This document shows, piece after piece, positions 37,420 through 48,985 of a stretch of DNA of 64,000 nucleotides. A program made the translations under genes and the position numbers. This DNA is from Marsupella aquatica (lineage: Eukaryota; Plantae; Marchantiophyta): positions 19,967,224-20,031,223 of the forward strand of contig OZ316897.1 in assembly GCA_973895155.1 (NCBI GenBank), written 5' to 3'. Below the pieces are notes generated by a model. That model was not told where the DNA came from, ran no database searches, and saw only the letters and a list, made by a program, of their open reading frames with translations. Position 1 is the first letter of the stretch; every line of letters begins with the position of its first letter.

Positions 37420-37956
37420 TGCGTTGTGTACATTTGTGTAGATACTGAGATATGCTCTTGCTCATTCCTTGTATAGGCTACGGCTTAGTTCTGGTCTACT
37501 CTCGTATAAAGAGGGAAAAACCAGTTTGGTTTTTCTTTCCAGAACTTCCCGCTGAGCAATCATATTGGTAGCAGTCTTTACCCTCCCCTAGACCAGAGTC
37601 AAGGGGGAGATTGTTAGGATTTACTCTTAGGTCTAGAGTTACGACTGTACCATAGTTAAGGCTAACCTTAGTTGTAGACTTGGTTAGGTTAGTCATGATG
37701 TGCACACTCTATAACCAAGCGGTGTTTGCTTGGTGAGGGGGAACTCAGGCTCATTGTTACGGAGCTAGTTGAGAGATAGAGAGAGTTTGCGCTGTGGATG
37801 CTTGGTATGGCCGGTCGGCCTAGAGTGCAGTAAAGCTCATGTGTGTTCCCGTGGACGTAGCCTCATGTGGAGGTGAACCACGTATCTCTCTGTGTCGACT
37901 CTTGTGCGTTGGATGGTTCATGGGCTTGCCGTTGCGATTGTCGTCTATGCTCAACA
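37420..37956 (+). mobile_element. 3' end of a Copia-type element: 3' UTR, polypurine tract (PPT) and 3' LTR (37612-37956)
   Basis: PPT aagggggaga at 37601-37610 followed by TGTTAGG...TCAACA; contains cccgtggacgtagcc..ggtgaaccacgta. Confidence 0.8.
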
Positions 37957-38560
37957 AAAAGATGGTGTGGTGAGAAAAATATGTTGAGGTGAAAATAGAT
38001 GTTGAGGTAAGAAAAAGAAGTTGAAGTGAGAAAAAGAAGTGGAGGTGAGAAAAAGATGTCGAGGTGAACAAAGATGTTGATGAGAAAAAGAGATGTTGAG
38101 CTAAGAAAAAGATGTAAAGCAAAAACTATGTCAAGGAGAGAAAAGATGGCGATGTGAGAAAAATATGTGAAGATGAGGAAAAGATGTTGAAGGTGAGGGA
38201 AAGATGTTGTGATGAGATAAAAATTAGTGTGAAGTTGAGAAATAGATCAAATTTTGAGGTGAAAACAAATGTCACTATGACAAAAATAGATGTTAAGGTG
38301 AGACAAAGAAGTCAAGGTGATGTTGAGGAGAGAAAAAACATGGCGAGGTGAGAAAATGACGTTGAGGAGAGAACATATGTTGAAGGTGAGGGAAAGATGT
38401 TGTGGTGAGATAATGATGTCAAAGTGAAAAAAGATGTCAAGTCAGGTGAGAAAATATATCAAGAACCTAAACAATGTTGAGGGTGAGAAAAAATTGTCAT
38501 GAGATAAAAATGTCAATGTCATAAAAATGGCGAGATGAGAAAAATATGTCAAGGCAAGGT
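37957..38560 (+). repeat. Degenerate purine-rich ~19-20-bp minisatellite (gaggtgagaaaaagatgtt)
   Basis: Roughly 25-30 diverged copies of gatgttgaggtgagaaaaa. Confidence 0.8.
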
Positions 38561-39154
38561 AGAGTTGTTGTGGTGGTGTGCAACAACTCGTGCACTGCAC
38601 ATAGAAATTGGAGGCTGAGATAATAGTCACCGCAACATATGTCTAAGCACAACCAAGTGATAGAAAAAATATTTTTTATTATAAAATTTTAGAGAAATTA
38701 ATATCATATATATACATTATTCATACTCAAGTTTTTTCAAAACTTTAAAGTTATTATCCAATTCTTTAAGCCTCAATTTGAATAATTAGTTTTTAATAAT
38801 ATTCTATTTTTTATTTTAGTTGGGTTTGGGTAGGTTATGGGTAGCTTGGGCAGAGGTAATCCAGATTAATAGAGATATGGATGGATCCTACATTTACAGA
38901 AAAACAAATTTTTACTTAAGACCTAGGATTGTTCCCATTTTTTCTTGAGTTTATAAATAATACCCTATCCATTTTTAGAGGATATGGTATACACTTATGA
39001 TACTCTTGCATACAATTGGGTTAGGTACGTTTTTGTCTTTTGTCCCCACCATTAGATTCTTTTTTCTTTTTTGTGTGAAAGTGCATGCAACAGGGTTAGT
39101 TACATTTTTTGTTTTTTGTGTCCACCAATTGATTACTGGTTGTGTGAAAAGATT

Positions 39155-39280
39155 TCCTGTACTTTTTGGTTCACACTATATTTAATTTGCTTTTGGTTTT
39201 ATCCCTTCTGTTTATTGTCCTGTACTTTTTGGTTCACACTATATTTAATTTGCTTTTGGTTTTATCCCTTCTGTTTATTG
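39155..39280. repeat. Perfect 63-bp tandem duplication
   Basis: tcctgtactttttggttcacac...ccttctgtttattg at 39155 and 39218. Confidence 0.95.
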
Positions 39281-40835
39281 GTTACTTCTTTTCTTGGCAC
39301 TGTATTTTTGAATGACGACCAGTGCATAAAAAGACGCAACCTTGTATTATAGTTCTTGATTGTACATCATATTATTACAAACCATCATGTTCAGCCTGTT
39401 GTGACCACTTGGGTTTGGTCACGAGTCTGGCTACTTGTGTCTGTGCGTGCAATTGCTTTATGCCAGTATAATCTCTATGGTTTTTCCTTTGATTCTCAGG
39501 CTTTCTGCCTTCCTGTCAGTTTAATCATTATGGTTTTCCCTTTCTCGGGCTTTATGCCTTCCTGCCACTGTAATCTATGGTTTATGGTTTTCCCTTCCTC
39601 TCCAGTAGTGTGTGGCGAATGTCAGCGTGTGTGAATGAGAAGATGCTAATAATATTAAAGGGGAACCGCCCATGACACGCAGGCCAGAAAAACCCCCGAT
39701 TTCATGTTGTCGTGATTATTACTTTACAAAATGCCGTGCACAGTTTTGCATGCTGAGGGAGGGAGATTCGAAGTCTGGAACTTCGGATTGGAGATAGTTT
39801 ACAGAACAGTAGCTCCCTATACCTTTTGTCAGAGGCAAGATTATTATGCCAGGTTTTGGCCCATATGTCTCACGCGTCTGAAGACTGAAGGTCCCTGGTT
39901 CGTTCTAACGTTTCTGCCATGGACTAACCTGGAAGCAACGTTTACAAGAAAAGATTCAATTATTGTAGCTAACAAGTCAAGCCACTGCCACCGCTGTAGC
40001 ATCACTGACTGGCATCCCACGATGGATCAGCAGTATAGTACTCAGATTGATCGTAGGACCCACACGGCTTTCGAAGGATCCCCTTTAATATTATTAGCAT
40101 CTTCTCATTCGATAACGATGAAGATCAGCAGGGTTCTGGGGGCACCGAGAAGGGTAGATCGAAGCAAAGCTTCGTCCTGTCATTGTCAAAGCCCGGAACT
40201 CCCCATTTCATGTGAAGCTTGCAGCACTGTAAAAGCGTAGGACTTTGACTAGACAGACTGCTCCGATTGCAATTACCGAGATTGTTCCGACTTCAGTGCC
40301 TCAATTCTTTCTTCGAAGGGTGGAGCCGTGGAAGTACATGGACTCGGAGAGTAGTTTGGCTCAGTGGATCACTATAGGAACGGTCACAGTTCTGCTTGTG
40401 TGTTCCTTGTTCGTTCTCAAAAAAGGTGAGCTGGTGATAGGGGATTCGTACGAGATGTTCTAGGAGGCGAGTCTCAATCTCAGTAGTGAGCTGTGCATGC
40501 AAAGGTCTCCCATGCCTTCCTCTCTGTAGACTACTCAAGTCCTCCTTTCTCTTAATCTGCAGATAACGGGGGAGAAGTCGTACTCAGGCCATGGAAGAGG
40601 GGGCGATGACTTGATGGAACTCTGAACTCTAGTACCTTGCAATAGGCAGTTCTGATTTTGCCGTTGCGGGCCTTTGGCGTAGGGTTTGGTTTTCCTCAGT
40701 ACCCCAGAAGGTAGCAGTGTGAACCACCTCTGGTTGATGTCGTTGATAGTAGCTGTGGATCTGAATGGTCTGGTCGAACAAGATGATACAGACTTAAATT
40801 AATGAATAATTTTTCTGTTTTCGGCAGGTCAATAC

Positions 40836-42247
40836 ATGGGCAACATATTGGGCAACCGAACACGCGAAGAGATCTCTTCCAAGCTTCCAAATCCACCCTC
40901 CGACTGTATAAAGCAGGTTGGTGAAAGTTATTTATTTTCACTACTTCAAATGCAGTTCATGTCGCCAGCGAGGGCCTAGTCTTATGATTACCGACTGATC
41001 GTCGACTGCTTCGTTTTATTCCTCTGAACGTTTTACCAATAGTTCTACCTTATTGCTTTATCTCCACATGAAAGATATCGAACTTCCCATCCAAATATGA
41101 TAAACTTATTAGGACATTTAGCTTTAACGATTGAATAGGTCACACCATCCCAAGTTTTCAATCGGAAGTGACACGTTGGTGCCCTTGCAAATTTGCAGCT
41201 CAATGATTACGTCTGGCAACTTTATGTTCCTCACGAGGGTCAAAGCATCGAGCTGGACATTGTTTTCTTTCACGGTCTTCAGCCAGATCACTTTGAAGAT
41301 GCATTCTGGAAGAGTTTCGTAGCCACAGATGACGAGAAACTGGTCTGGCCTAGAGAATGGCTGAGCCTGCTATTTCCGAACGCCAGAATATTATCCATTT
41401 CTTATGATTATGGTGCTAAGCAAACTGACATGTATACACTAGGGGAGAACCTGGTTGTCGACGTGATCCTAGGTGGACAAAGTATCGGTCAAAATCGCCC
41501 AGTTTTCCTGGTAGGTCATAGTTTGGGAGGGCTTCTCATCAAACAGTTGATTTTGTCCGCTAAAAGAATGCAAGGATTGCAGAGACCCAAACCAGATATC
41601 GGTAGAATCAAGAATTTTCTTCAAAACTTTAGTGGAGTGTTTTATTATTCTACCCCCCATGGAGGTTCTAATATAGAGTCAATGGCGAGAAAATTACAAA
41701 GCGCAAGTCCTATTCTAGGGCTACTTAAAGTGCTTGATGCGCAGACACAAAGAATCAACGAGGATTTTAGAAAACATCTTGAAACGCTGAAAATCCCGGC
41801 TATGGCTGTGGTAGAGGGTAGTCCAACCAATTACCTTGTAAGTTCTGCCCGCGTAGTTCTACCTAAATTCTATCTGAGTCTGCTACTAACTTCAGCATCA
41901 ATTTGAATTCCTGTTTCATACTTTGTGTTGCTGAATGTTTTGTACGTTGTCAATTTGCAACCGATTGAAATATGGATTATATAACCGCCTTTTCTAAAAT
42001 GACTGGTTTTTATATTTCGCAGGGGTTTAGTATTTTAGTTGTTGAAGAGGATTCAGCCAGACGAGACGTGAATTCTCACTTCAAACATGTCAAAGCGGAC
42101 CATTTCACGGTTTGCAAAGCAAGGAGTAAGGGAGATGATACTGTTATTAGAAAGCTTGCTCGGTTCATATTGGATAACGTGCCAGATAGAGGTGAAATAA
42201 CGACTACACTACCTGAAGGTGACGAGGGCATTGACGTGCTGAAATAA
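40836..42247 (+). CDS. Stand-alone alpha/beta-hydrolase, paralogue of 26381-27850, 3 exons, 314 aa
   Basis: Exons 40836-40916 (MGNILGNRT...CIKQ), 41199-41837, 42023-42247, with the same intron positions as the paralogue. Motifs DIVFFHGL, WPREWL, LVGHSLGG, YYSTPHGGS, VVEEDSA, DHFTVCK. Confidence 0.88.
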
Positions 42248-44405
42248 TATGATATGGAGAGTTCCTGATGCGTCTCGAGTCTACATAATTAATTTCTCAG
42301 TCCCTTGCATCCGAACGCCCCCAATCCATTGCTTCTGTTGTACAACTGAGTACCGTGTTACCTGAGAATCCTGTGCCATTGCCTTATTCAATTTCTGTCC
42401 AGAATTTCGTCATGGAGCTAAGGCTTGTGTCTCGAAACTCAATGTGTCTGTAGATTCTACTCCAGACAAGCATTCCTTTGTTTTGTCACGTACTACGATA
42501 GTTGCAATTTTTTAATTGCATTTGATACCTTCTGCTCTGGACTGAAATATCATGCTTCCCTTCGTGAGAACAGGAAGCCGTCCTACCTGAAGTGAGTAAA
42601 GGCAACTTGCCTAAATCTATTGTAGCTAGCTGTCATCAGGGTTCGAGTGTTCCCTGTTTCTATATGCAATTCATACACTAGTCGGTTTACTCACACATTT
42701 CAGGAAAATGTCCAGGAATTGCACAATTTTAATGGTGTCACTTTTCTCATTGATCTTGGCCTGTAAGTTGATACGCTGCTAGTCCCTTGAAATGCTTTGG
42801 ACTGAATGCTGATTTGGCTCCAAACAGATGACCTCAAACAAGCTAATCATGATACGGATGATGTTCCTGTGCATGCTTAAGAAATCAAATTGACATCTTT
42901 GACCGGCCTTTCTTCTTGCATTGTTGATCAAAGGTTTACAAGTAAAATTTGGATCAAATAACAAAGCATAACGAGCCATTCGTACTGGGAATCTTGCCAC
43001 AGAGTATAGGAGCTGCTTGACTAGGTCTCGATTGCTCCAGTGGTGTATGCGTACTTTGGTCTGCTCCTCCTATATGTGGAGACAGGACCTTTTGTCAAAA
43101 TGCATTTAATTAATTGGCCAATCAAATTGGAGTGATCATCCTTGGTGTCTTCCTTCTCATGACATCGAGATGGCCATGATCTGGATGTGTGTAGGCTTTT
43201 CAGCGCCTTTGTTTGAGCTTCCAATCGTGGAAGAAAGACATAATTGGTATCATTGTCATTATGTAATGGTAGACGGGATTCTATTCCACTCAAGTTTTCT
43301 TGCTTGCATTCTCTTCAGGTTTGTTACTGCGGCCCGGATTTTGCATGAACGCTAATTTCTGTGGGACTATGACCTTGTTTATTAAGCAAAACAGAGTCCT
43401 TCGATGAGAATAGAGCTTCGGGAGTGAACATGAAGAGCAGATAGAGACCAGAAACTGAACGAAGAAAGAAAGGTCAGTTTCCAATAGGCGTATAGATGAA
43501 GGCCTGTTAAGGCTTCCAGACCTTTCTTCTGACTGATATTTGACATCATATGCCTTTTCCGAGCCATTTCCAGATCATTAGCTTGCAATCCTCTTAATTT
43601 CTCCAATTAAAGGACTTGCGACATGACACAACCCGTTAGTAACAGGCATCTATCTCCAGCGAAATAGGGCGATTAATCTATCTCCAGCTCTGCGCTAGCA
43701 TCAACTCCAGCAATGTAGCTGCCGGCAGAACTTCTACTGTAGGAAGAGAATTCCATCAGGGCTCTGCATCTAGCTTTCAGTGCTTGTGAGGCATCAGATG
43801 ATTCAATCTACAACCAAGCACTATAATTTGCAATCCCTCCAAATGAATTCTGACGGGATAGATTGTTTACCAAAAGTGGAAAAGTGAGGAACTCAAGACG
43901 ACCGTCTGCTGAAAAAACGGATTTTCGTTACCTTTCCACAACCACAAACCCCCTCCTCCAGTGCCCTCCACCTTGCTACCTGCACCTCCGCCCTCGGCTG
44001 ATGCAGGCCTCCCCTCTGGACTCATCCTCAGCAGATGCAGGCTGACGCCGTGTCTGCTAATACAGGCAGGGCCCTCGCCTAGCCTGCCATAAAAGGAGAA
44101 GGGTCGTTTGCCAACAAGAACATCAATATTGTGTCTCATACGAGCTCATTCCCAGAGGTTTCCTCTGATAGAAATGTTGCAGCCGCTCGGGTAGCAGACA
44201 ACAAAGATGCATTTCTCGCAAAAGGTGACTGGCAGTACCTTGGGCAGTCGGCACAGAGCCATTCGCACCTAAAGTTGTTTTGTGCAATATGTGTCTGTGC
44301 CCTTCAAGAATTGTTGACGCCCAGCTGACCCACGGGAGCATTTATAAACTCATCTCAAACCTGAAACCCTGTGGATTACATTGGCCCAAAACTTGGATTT
44401 TGGTC

Positions 44406-44512
44406 TAGGGAAACATATATCCATAGAGGTAGTTACTCAGGTGGTTGTAGTAACTACCTTAGGTTAGTGGTTACACCATGATTTGGAGTAGACTTAACCT
44501 CAGGTTACAATA
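44406..44512 (-). mobile_element. Partial copy of the short LTR at 59836-59978
   Basis: Reverse complement of 59836-59942 with few mismatches. Confidence 0.8.
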
Positions 44513-44875
44513 GCTTTTAAATATGTGGAGGAGGTCCACATTTGCAATGAGAAGACGGAGGTCAAAGATTAATCGGATATTGGTCATCATGACTTATTTC
44601 CCGACCAATCAGGTCCGCCTCCCTAGCCATTTCCAGTGTCGCTATTAAAATTTCCTGTTTTCTCGTTGAATTGACAGCCGAGGACTGAGGAAAACAACTG
44701 CCAGATTGGCATTCCAGTGTCAAGAATATTGAATTTAGTGGTTGATTGCTGCCTGACTGTTTGTGGATTCATTCAAAGGAAGAATGGTGTCTTTCCACCA
44801 GACGTCTTCAACATCTCACCCAAGCAAATTCAAGCCAAACTTTCCAGCCAGCCCAACACAGCTTTCAATCTGGGT

Positions 44876-47800
44876 TCACCAGTAATCACCACAAGAACAC
44901 ATTCCATCTTTAAAATGGTGGAACCGATTTGCATCCCTTGCAATAATCTCGCGTCCGGTCACCTTAGAGATATACTTGGTTGCTGAGTGGCAATCTGAAC
45001 ACACCCGAAGGTTCTTACTTACACGAATAGGTTCTCCCCAAGGTAGGTGCATAAGTCCGTAAGCAATAGCCAACTTCTCACTATGAGAGCAAAGGGCTAG
45101 CTCTTTATCCTCTTCATTGATATCATGCAATACAAGCTGGGTATCCGGAATGTAGCCTTCAGCCTTCAGTTTTTCACTCAATTTATTCAGCTCAGTATAG
45201 ATCGCCTCCGCTTCTGGGTGAGATGTATCCCCCACAACAAATTCATGGATCTTGTTATGAACTTCGATCCAGCTACGTCCTGGCTCCTTCCGAACACCTC
45301 TCTCTTGCATCATAGTGCGCACAGATGACACCTTCTCCCACTTCCCAGCTGCAGCATAGATATTGGAGAGCAGCACATATGTAGAGGCCTTACCGGGTTC
45401 CAACTTGAAAAGCTCGTTAGCGGCCAGTTCACCGAGCTGCACGTTACCGTAAGTTCTACAAGCCCCAAGCAAGGCTGTCCAAGTTACATCATCTGGTTCG
45501 ATCGGCATCTCACTGATCAACTGCTTTGCTTCTTCCACGTGTCCCGCCCGCCCAAGAATATCCACCATGAGGGTATAGTGAAAAACAGTACGCTCGATAC
45601 CATAATCTTGCGTCATAGCAGAAAAGATTCTACGGCCATCATCAACAAGGCCTCCATGAGAACAGGCTGACAACACAGCTATGAATGACGTCTCGGTGGG
45701 CTTCACATGGTCTGCATTCATTTGTCTGAAAAGTTCCAGGGCTTCCTGCCCATATCCGTGTTGTGCAAGTCCACCGATCATTATGTTCCAAGTGACTACA
45801 TCGCGTTTCTCCATTCTGTTAAAAACAAGTCGGGCGTCAGCTATACTGCCACTCTCTGCATACATGTGAACGAGTGCACTACCCACACGCAAATCCGACT
45901 CCAGTCCGGCTTTGCTAGCGTGGCCATGAACTTCCTTCACCCACTCCAAAGCCCCCGCACTTGCAGATGCATTCAGAATACTCGCATAAGTGAATGCATC
46001 TGGTTCAAAGCCTTCCCGTCTCATTTGGAGAAATAACCGATATGCTTCATGCCCACATCCATGTTGTGCAAGCCCTCCTATCATTACAGTCCATGTGATT
46101 ACATCGCGTTTCTCCATTCTGTCAAAGACCAGTCGGGCATCATCTATACTGCCAATCTTCGCATACATGTGAACGAATGCACTACCCACACGCAAATCCG
46201 ACTCCAGTCCGGCTTTGCTACCGTGGCCATGAACCTCCTTCACCCACTCCAAAGCCCCTGCACTTGCAGATGCATTCAGAATACTCGCATAAGTGAATGC
46301 ATCTGGTTCAAAGCCTTCCCGTCTCATTTGGAGAAACAACCGATATGCTTCATGCCCACATCCATGTTGTGCAAGCCCTCCTATCATTACATTCCATGTG
46401 ATTACATCGCGTTTCTCCATTCTGTCAAAGACCAATCGGGCATCATCTATATTGCCAATCTTCGCATACATGTGAACGAGTGCACTACCCACACGCAAAT
46501 CCGACTCCAGTCCGGCTTTACTAGCGTGGCCATGAACCTCCTTCACCCACTCCAAAGCCCCCGCACTTGCAGATGCATTCAGGATGGTCACATAAGTGAT
46601 TTCATTTGGTTCGAAGCCTTGGCGTCTCATTTCAAGAAACATTCGATATGCTTCATGCCCAGATCCATGTTGTGCAAGCCCTCCTATCATCGCATTCCAT
46701 GTGATTACATCGCGTTTCTCCATTCTGTCAAAGACCAGTCGGGCATCATCTATACTGCCACTCTTCGCATACATGTGAACGAGTGCATTGCCCACACGCA
46801 AATCCGACTCCAGTCCGGCTTTGCTAGCGTGGCCATGAACCTCCTTCACCCACTCCAAAGCCCCCGCACTTGCAGATGCACTCAGAATACTCAGATAAGT
46901 GATTGCATCTGGTTCGAAGCCTTGGCGTCTCATTTCAAGAAACATTCGATATGCTTCATGCCCAGATCCATGTTGTGCAAGCCCTCCTATCATTACATTC
47001 CATGTGATTACATCGCGTTTCCCGAGTCTGTCAAAAACTTGTTGGGCGTCATCTATACTGCCACTCTTTGCATACATGTGAACGAGTGCGTTGCCCACAC
47101 GCAGATCCGACTCCAGTCCGGCTTTCCTAGCGTGGCCATGAACCTCCTTCACCCACTCCAAAGCCCCCGCACTTGCAGATGCACTCAGAATACTCAGATA
47201 AGTGATTGCATCGGGTTCGAAGCCTTCCCGTCTCATTTGGAGAAACAGTCGATATGCTTCATGCCCACATCCATGTTGTGCAAGTCCCCCGATCATTACG
47301 TTCCATGTGGCTACATTGTGTTTCTCCATTCTGTCAAAGACCAGTCGGGCATCATCTATACCGCCAATCTTCGCATACATGTGAACGAGTGCATTGCCCA
47401 CACGCAAATCCGACTCCAGTCCGGCTTTGCTAGCGTGGCCATGAACCTCCTTCACCCACTCCAAAGCCCCCGCACTTGCAGATGCATTCAGGATGGTCAC
47501 ATAAGTGAATTCATTTGGTTCGAAGCCTTGGCGTCTCATTTCAAGAAACATTCGATATGCTTCATGCCCACATCCATATTGTGCAAGTCCCCCGATCATT
47601 ACGTTCCATGTCACTACATTGTGTTTCTCCATTCTCTCAAAAACAAGTCGGGCGTCATCTATACTACCACTCTTTGCATACATGTGGACCAGCGAAGTGC
47701 CCACACGCAAGTCTGACTCCAGTCCCACTTTGCTAGCATGCTCATGAACCTCCCTCACCCACTCCAAAGACCCCGCACTTGCAGACGCATTCAGGATGCT

Positions 47801-48985
47801 CACATAAGTGACTGCGTTTGGTTCGAAGCCTTCCCGTCGCATCTGGAGAAACAATCGATAAGCTTCATGCCCACTTCCGTGTTGTGCAAGTCCACCGATC
47901 ATTACAGTCCATGTGACTACATCGCGTTTCTCCATTCTGTCAAAAACCAGTCGGGCGTCACCTATCCTGCCACTCTCTGCATACATGTGAATCAGCGCAG
48001 AGCCCACACGCAAATCTGACTCCAGTCCCGCTTTCCTAGCGTGGCCATGAACGTCCTTCACCCATGCCAAAGCCCCATCACATGCGGATGCATTCAGGAT
48101 GCTCGTGTAGGTGATTGCATCTGGTTCGAAGCCATCCCGTCTCATTTGGAGGAATAGTCGATATGCTTCCACACCATCACCAAGTTCTGCACATGCTCCG
48201 ATCATAACATTCCATGTAATGACATTTCGATTAGTCAACTTTTCAAAAACTTTCCTTGCCTCGGTGATGCACCCACATTTAGCGTACATCAGTACGAGAG
48301 CAGACCCTACACGCACGTCCGATTCAAAGCCGGCATGTCGAATACGGTGATGAATTTCTTTTCCCCAATTGAGAGCTAATGGGCTTGAACATGCATTCAG
48401 GATGCTCAGATACGTGATCTCATTCGGCTTCACGCCTTCTTGGCGCATTAGATTGAAAATTTCGAGTGCAGATTCAGCATGATCACTCCTAGCGTATCCC
48501 GCAATCATGCTGGTCCAAGTAATAACACTCTTCTTCTGAATTTGATCAAAAACTCTACGTGCATCCGATAAACCTCCGCATTTGATATACACATTCAAAA
48601 GCGTGACTGCCACATATGGATTTTCGTGAATTCCACTCTCGATGATGCAATCATGAATTTGCTTGGCTCCTGAAAGGTCTTTCTGTTGCAAGCACATTTG
48701 CAGAACTTTAACATATGTGTACGAGTCTATAGCAATGCCTCGCTGTAGACGATCTTTCAACATAGCAATTGTTTGACCCGTGGTACCAGGATGCATATGC
48801 CTACTGCCAATCCCTATTGCAGTGACTTGAGACCGATCTCTCGTGCAATAACTAACATTAGATGGAAATCTGCAGTGAGTAACCAAATTCGCCCTTGCCT
48901 TAACCCACGCTGGGGTTGACCATCCATCCACCCAAAGTGCTAGTCTTGTCAACTTCTGATTGAACTCAGGTGCTCTGGGCTTCCT
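44876..48985 (-). CDS. PLS-class PPR protein with E1-E2-DYW domain (organellar C-to-U RNA-editing factor), about 32 PPR motifs; 5' start uncertain
   Basis: L-S + 9x(P-L-S) + P2-L2-S2, PG box KEPGRSWIEV, HSEKLA, CSDCH, SCGDYW. The frame is open from a likely acceptor (gctgacag|agg) at 48985. Confidence 0.95.
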   Translation of the reverse strand, partial: RKPRAPEFNQKLTRLALWVDGWSTPAWVKARANLVTHCRFPSNVSYCTRDRSQVTAIGIGSRHMHPGTTGQTIAMLKDRLQRGIAIDSYTYVKVLQMCLQQKDLSGAKQIHDCIIESGIHENPYVAVTLLNVYIKCGGLSDARRVFDQIQKKSVITWTSMIAGYARSDHAESALEIFNLMRQEGVKPNEITYLSILNACSSPLALNWGKEIHHRIRHAGFESDVRVGSALVLMYAKCGCITEARKVFEKLTNRNVITWNVMIGACAELGDGVEAYRLFLQMRRDGFEPDAITYTSILNASACDGALAWVKDVHGHARKAGLESDLRVGSALIHMYAESGRIGDARLVFDRMEKRDVVTWTVMIGGLAQHGSGHEAYRLFLQMRREGFEPNAVTYVSILNASASAGSLEWVREVHEHASKVGLESDLRVGTSLVHMYAKSGSIDDARLVFERMEKHNVVTWNVMIGGLAQYGCGHEAYRMFLEMRRQGFEPNEFTYVTILNASASAGALEWVKEVHGHASKAGLESDLRVGNALVHMYAKIGGIDDARLVFDRMEKHNVATWNVMIGGLAQHGCGHEAYRLFLQMRREGFEPDAITYLSILSASASAGALEWVKEVHGHARKAGLESDLRVGNALVHMYAKSGSIDDAQQVFDRLGKRDVITWNVMIGGLAQHGSGHEAYRMFLEMRRQGFEPDAITYLSILSASASAGALEWVKEVHGHASKAGLESDLRVGNALVHMYAKSGSIDDARLVFDRMEKRDVITWNAMIGGLAQHGSGHEAYRMFLEMRRQGFEPNEITYVTILNASASAGALEWVKEVHGHASKAGLESDLRVGSALVHMYAKIGNIDDARLVFDRMEKRDVITWNVMIGGLAQHGCGHEAYRLFLQMRREGFEPDAFTYASILNASASAGALEWVKEVHGHGSKAGLESDLRVGSAFVHMYAKIGSIDDARLVFDRMEKRDVITWTVMIGGLAQHGCGHEAYRLFLQMRREGFEPDAFTYASILNASASAGALEWVKEVHGHASKAGLESDLRVGSALVHMYAESGSIADARLVFNRMEKRDVVTWNIMIGGLAQHGYGQEALELFRQMNADHVKPTETSFIAVLSACSHGGLVDDGRRIFSAMTQDYGIERTVFHYTLMVDILGRAGHVEEAKQLISEMPIEPDDVTWTALLGACRTYGNVQLGELAANELFKLEPGKASTYVLLSNIYAAAGKWEKVSSVRTMMQERGVRKEPGRSWIEVHNKIHEFVVGDTSHPEAEAIYTELNKLSEKLKAEGYIPDTQLVLHDINEEDKELALCSHSEKLAIAYGLMHLPWGEPIRVSKNLRVCSDCHSATKYISKVTGREIIARDANRFHHFKDGMCSCGDYW
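45700..48130 (-). repeat. 303-bp (101-aa PLS triplet) tandem array inside the PPR gene, about 8 highly similar units
   Basis: Equivalent positions at 45990, 46293, 46596, 46899, 47202, 47505 and 48111, all multiples of 303 apart. Confidence 0.95.

Noticed and set aside
46049-47716. 555-aa plus-strand ORF and the series of 60-aa ORFs with a 303-bp period
   Set aside because: Antisense shadows of the PPR tandem array; a unit that is stop-free in one frame propagates with the repeat
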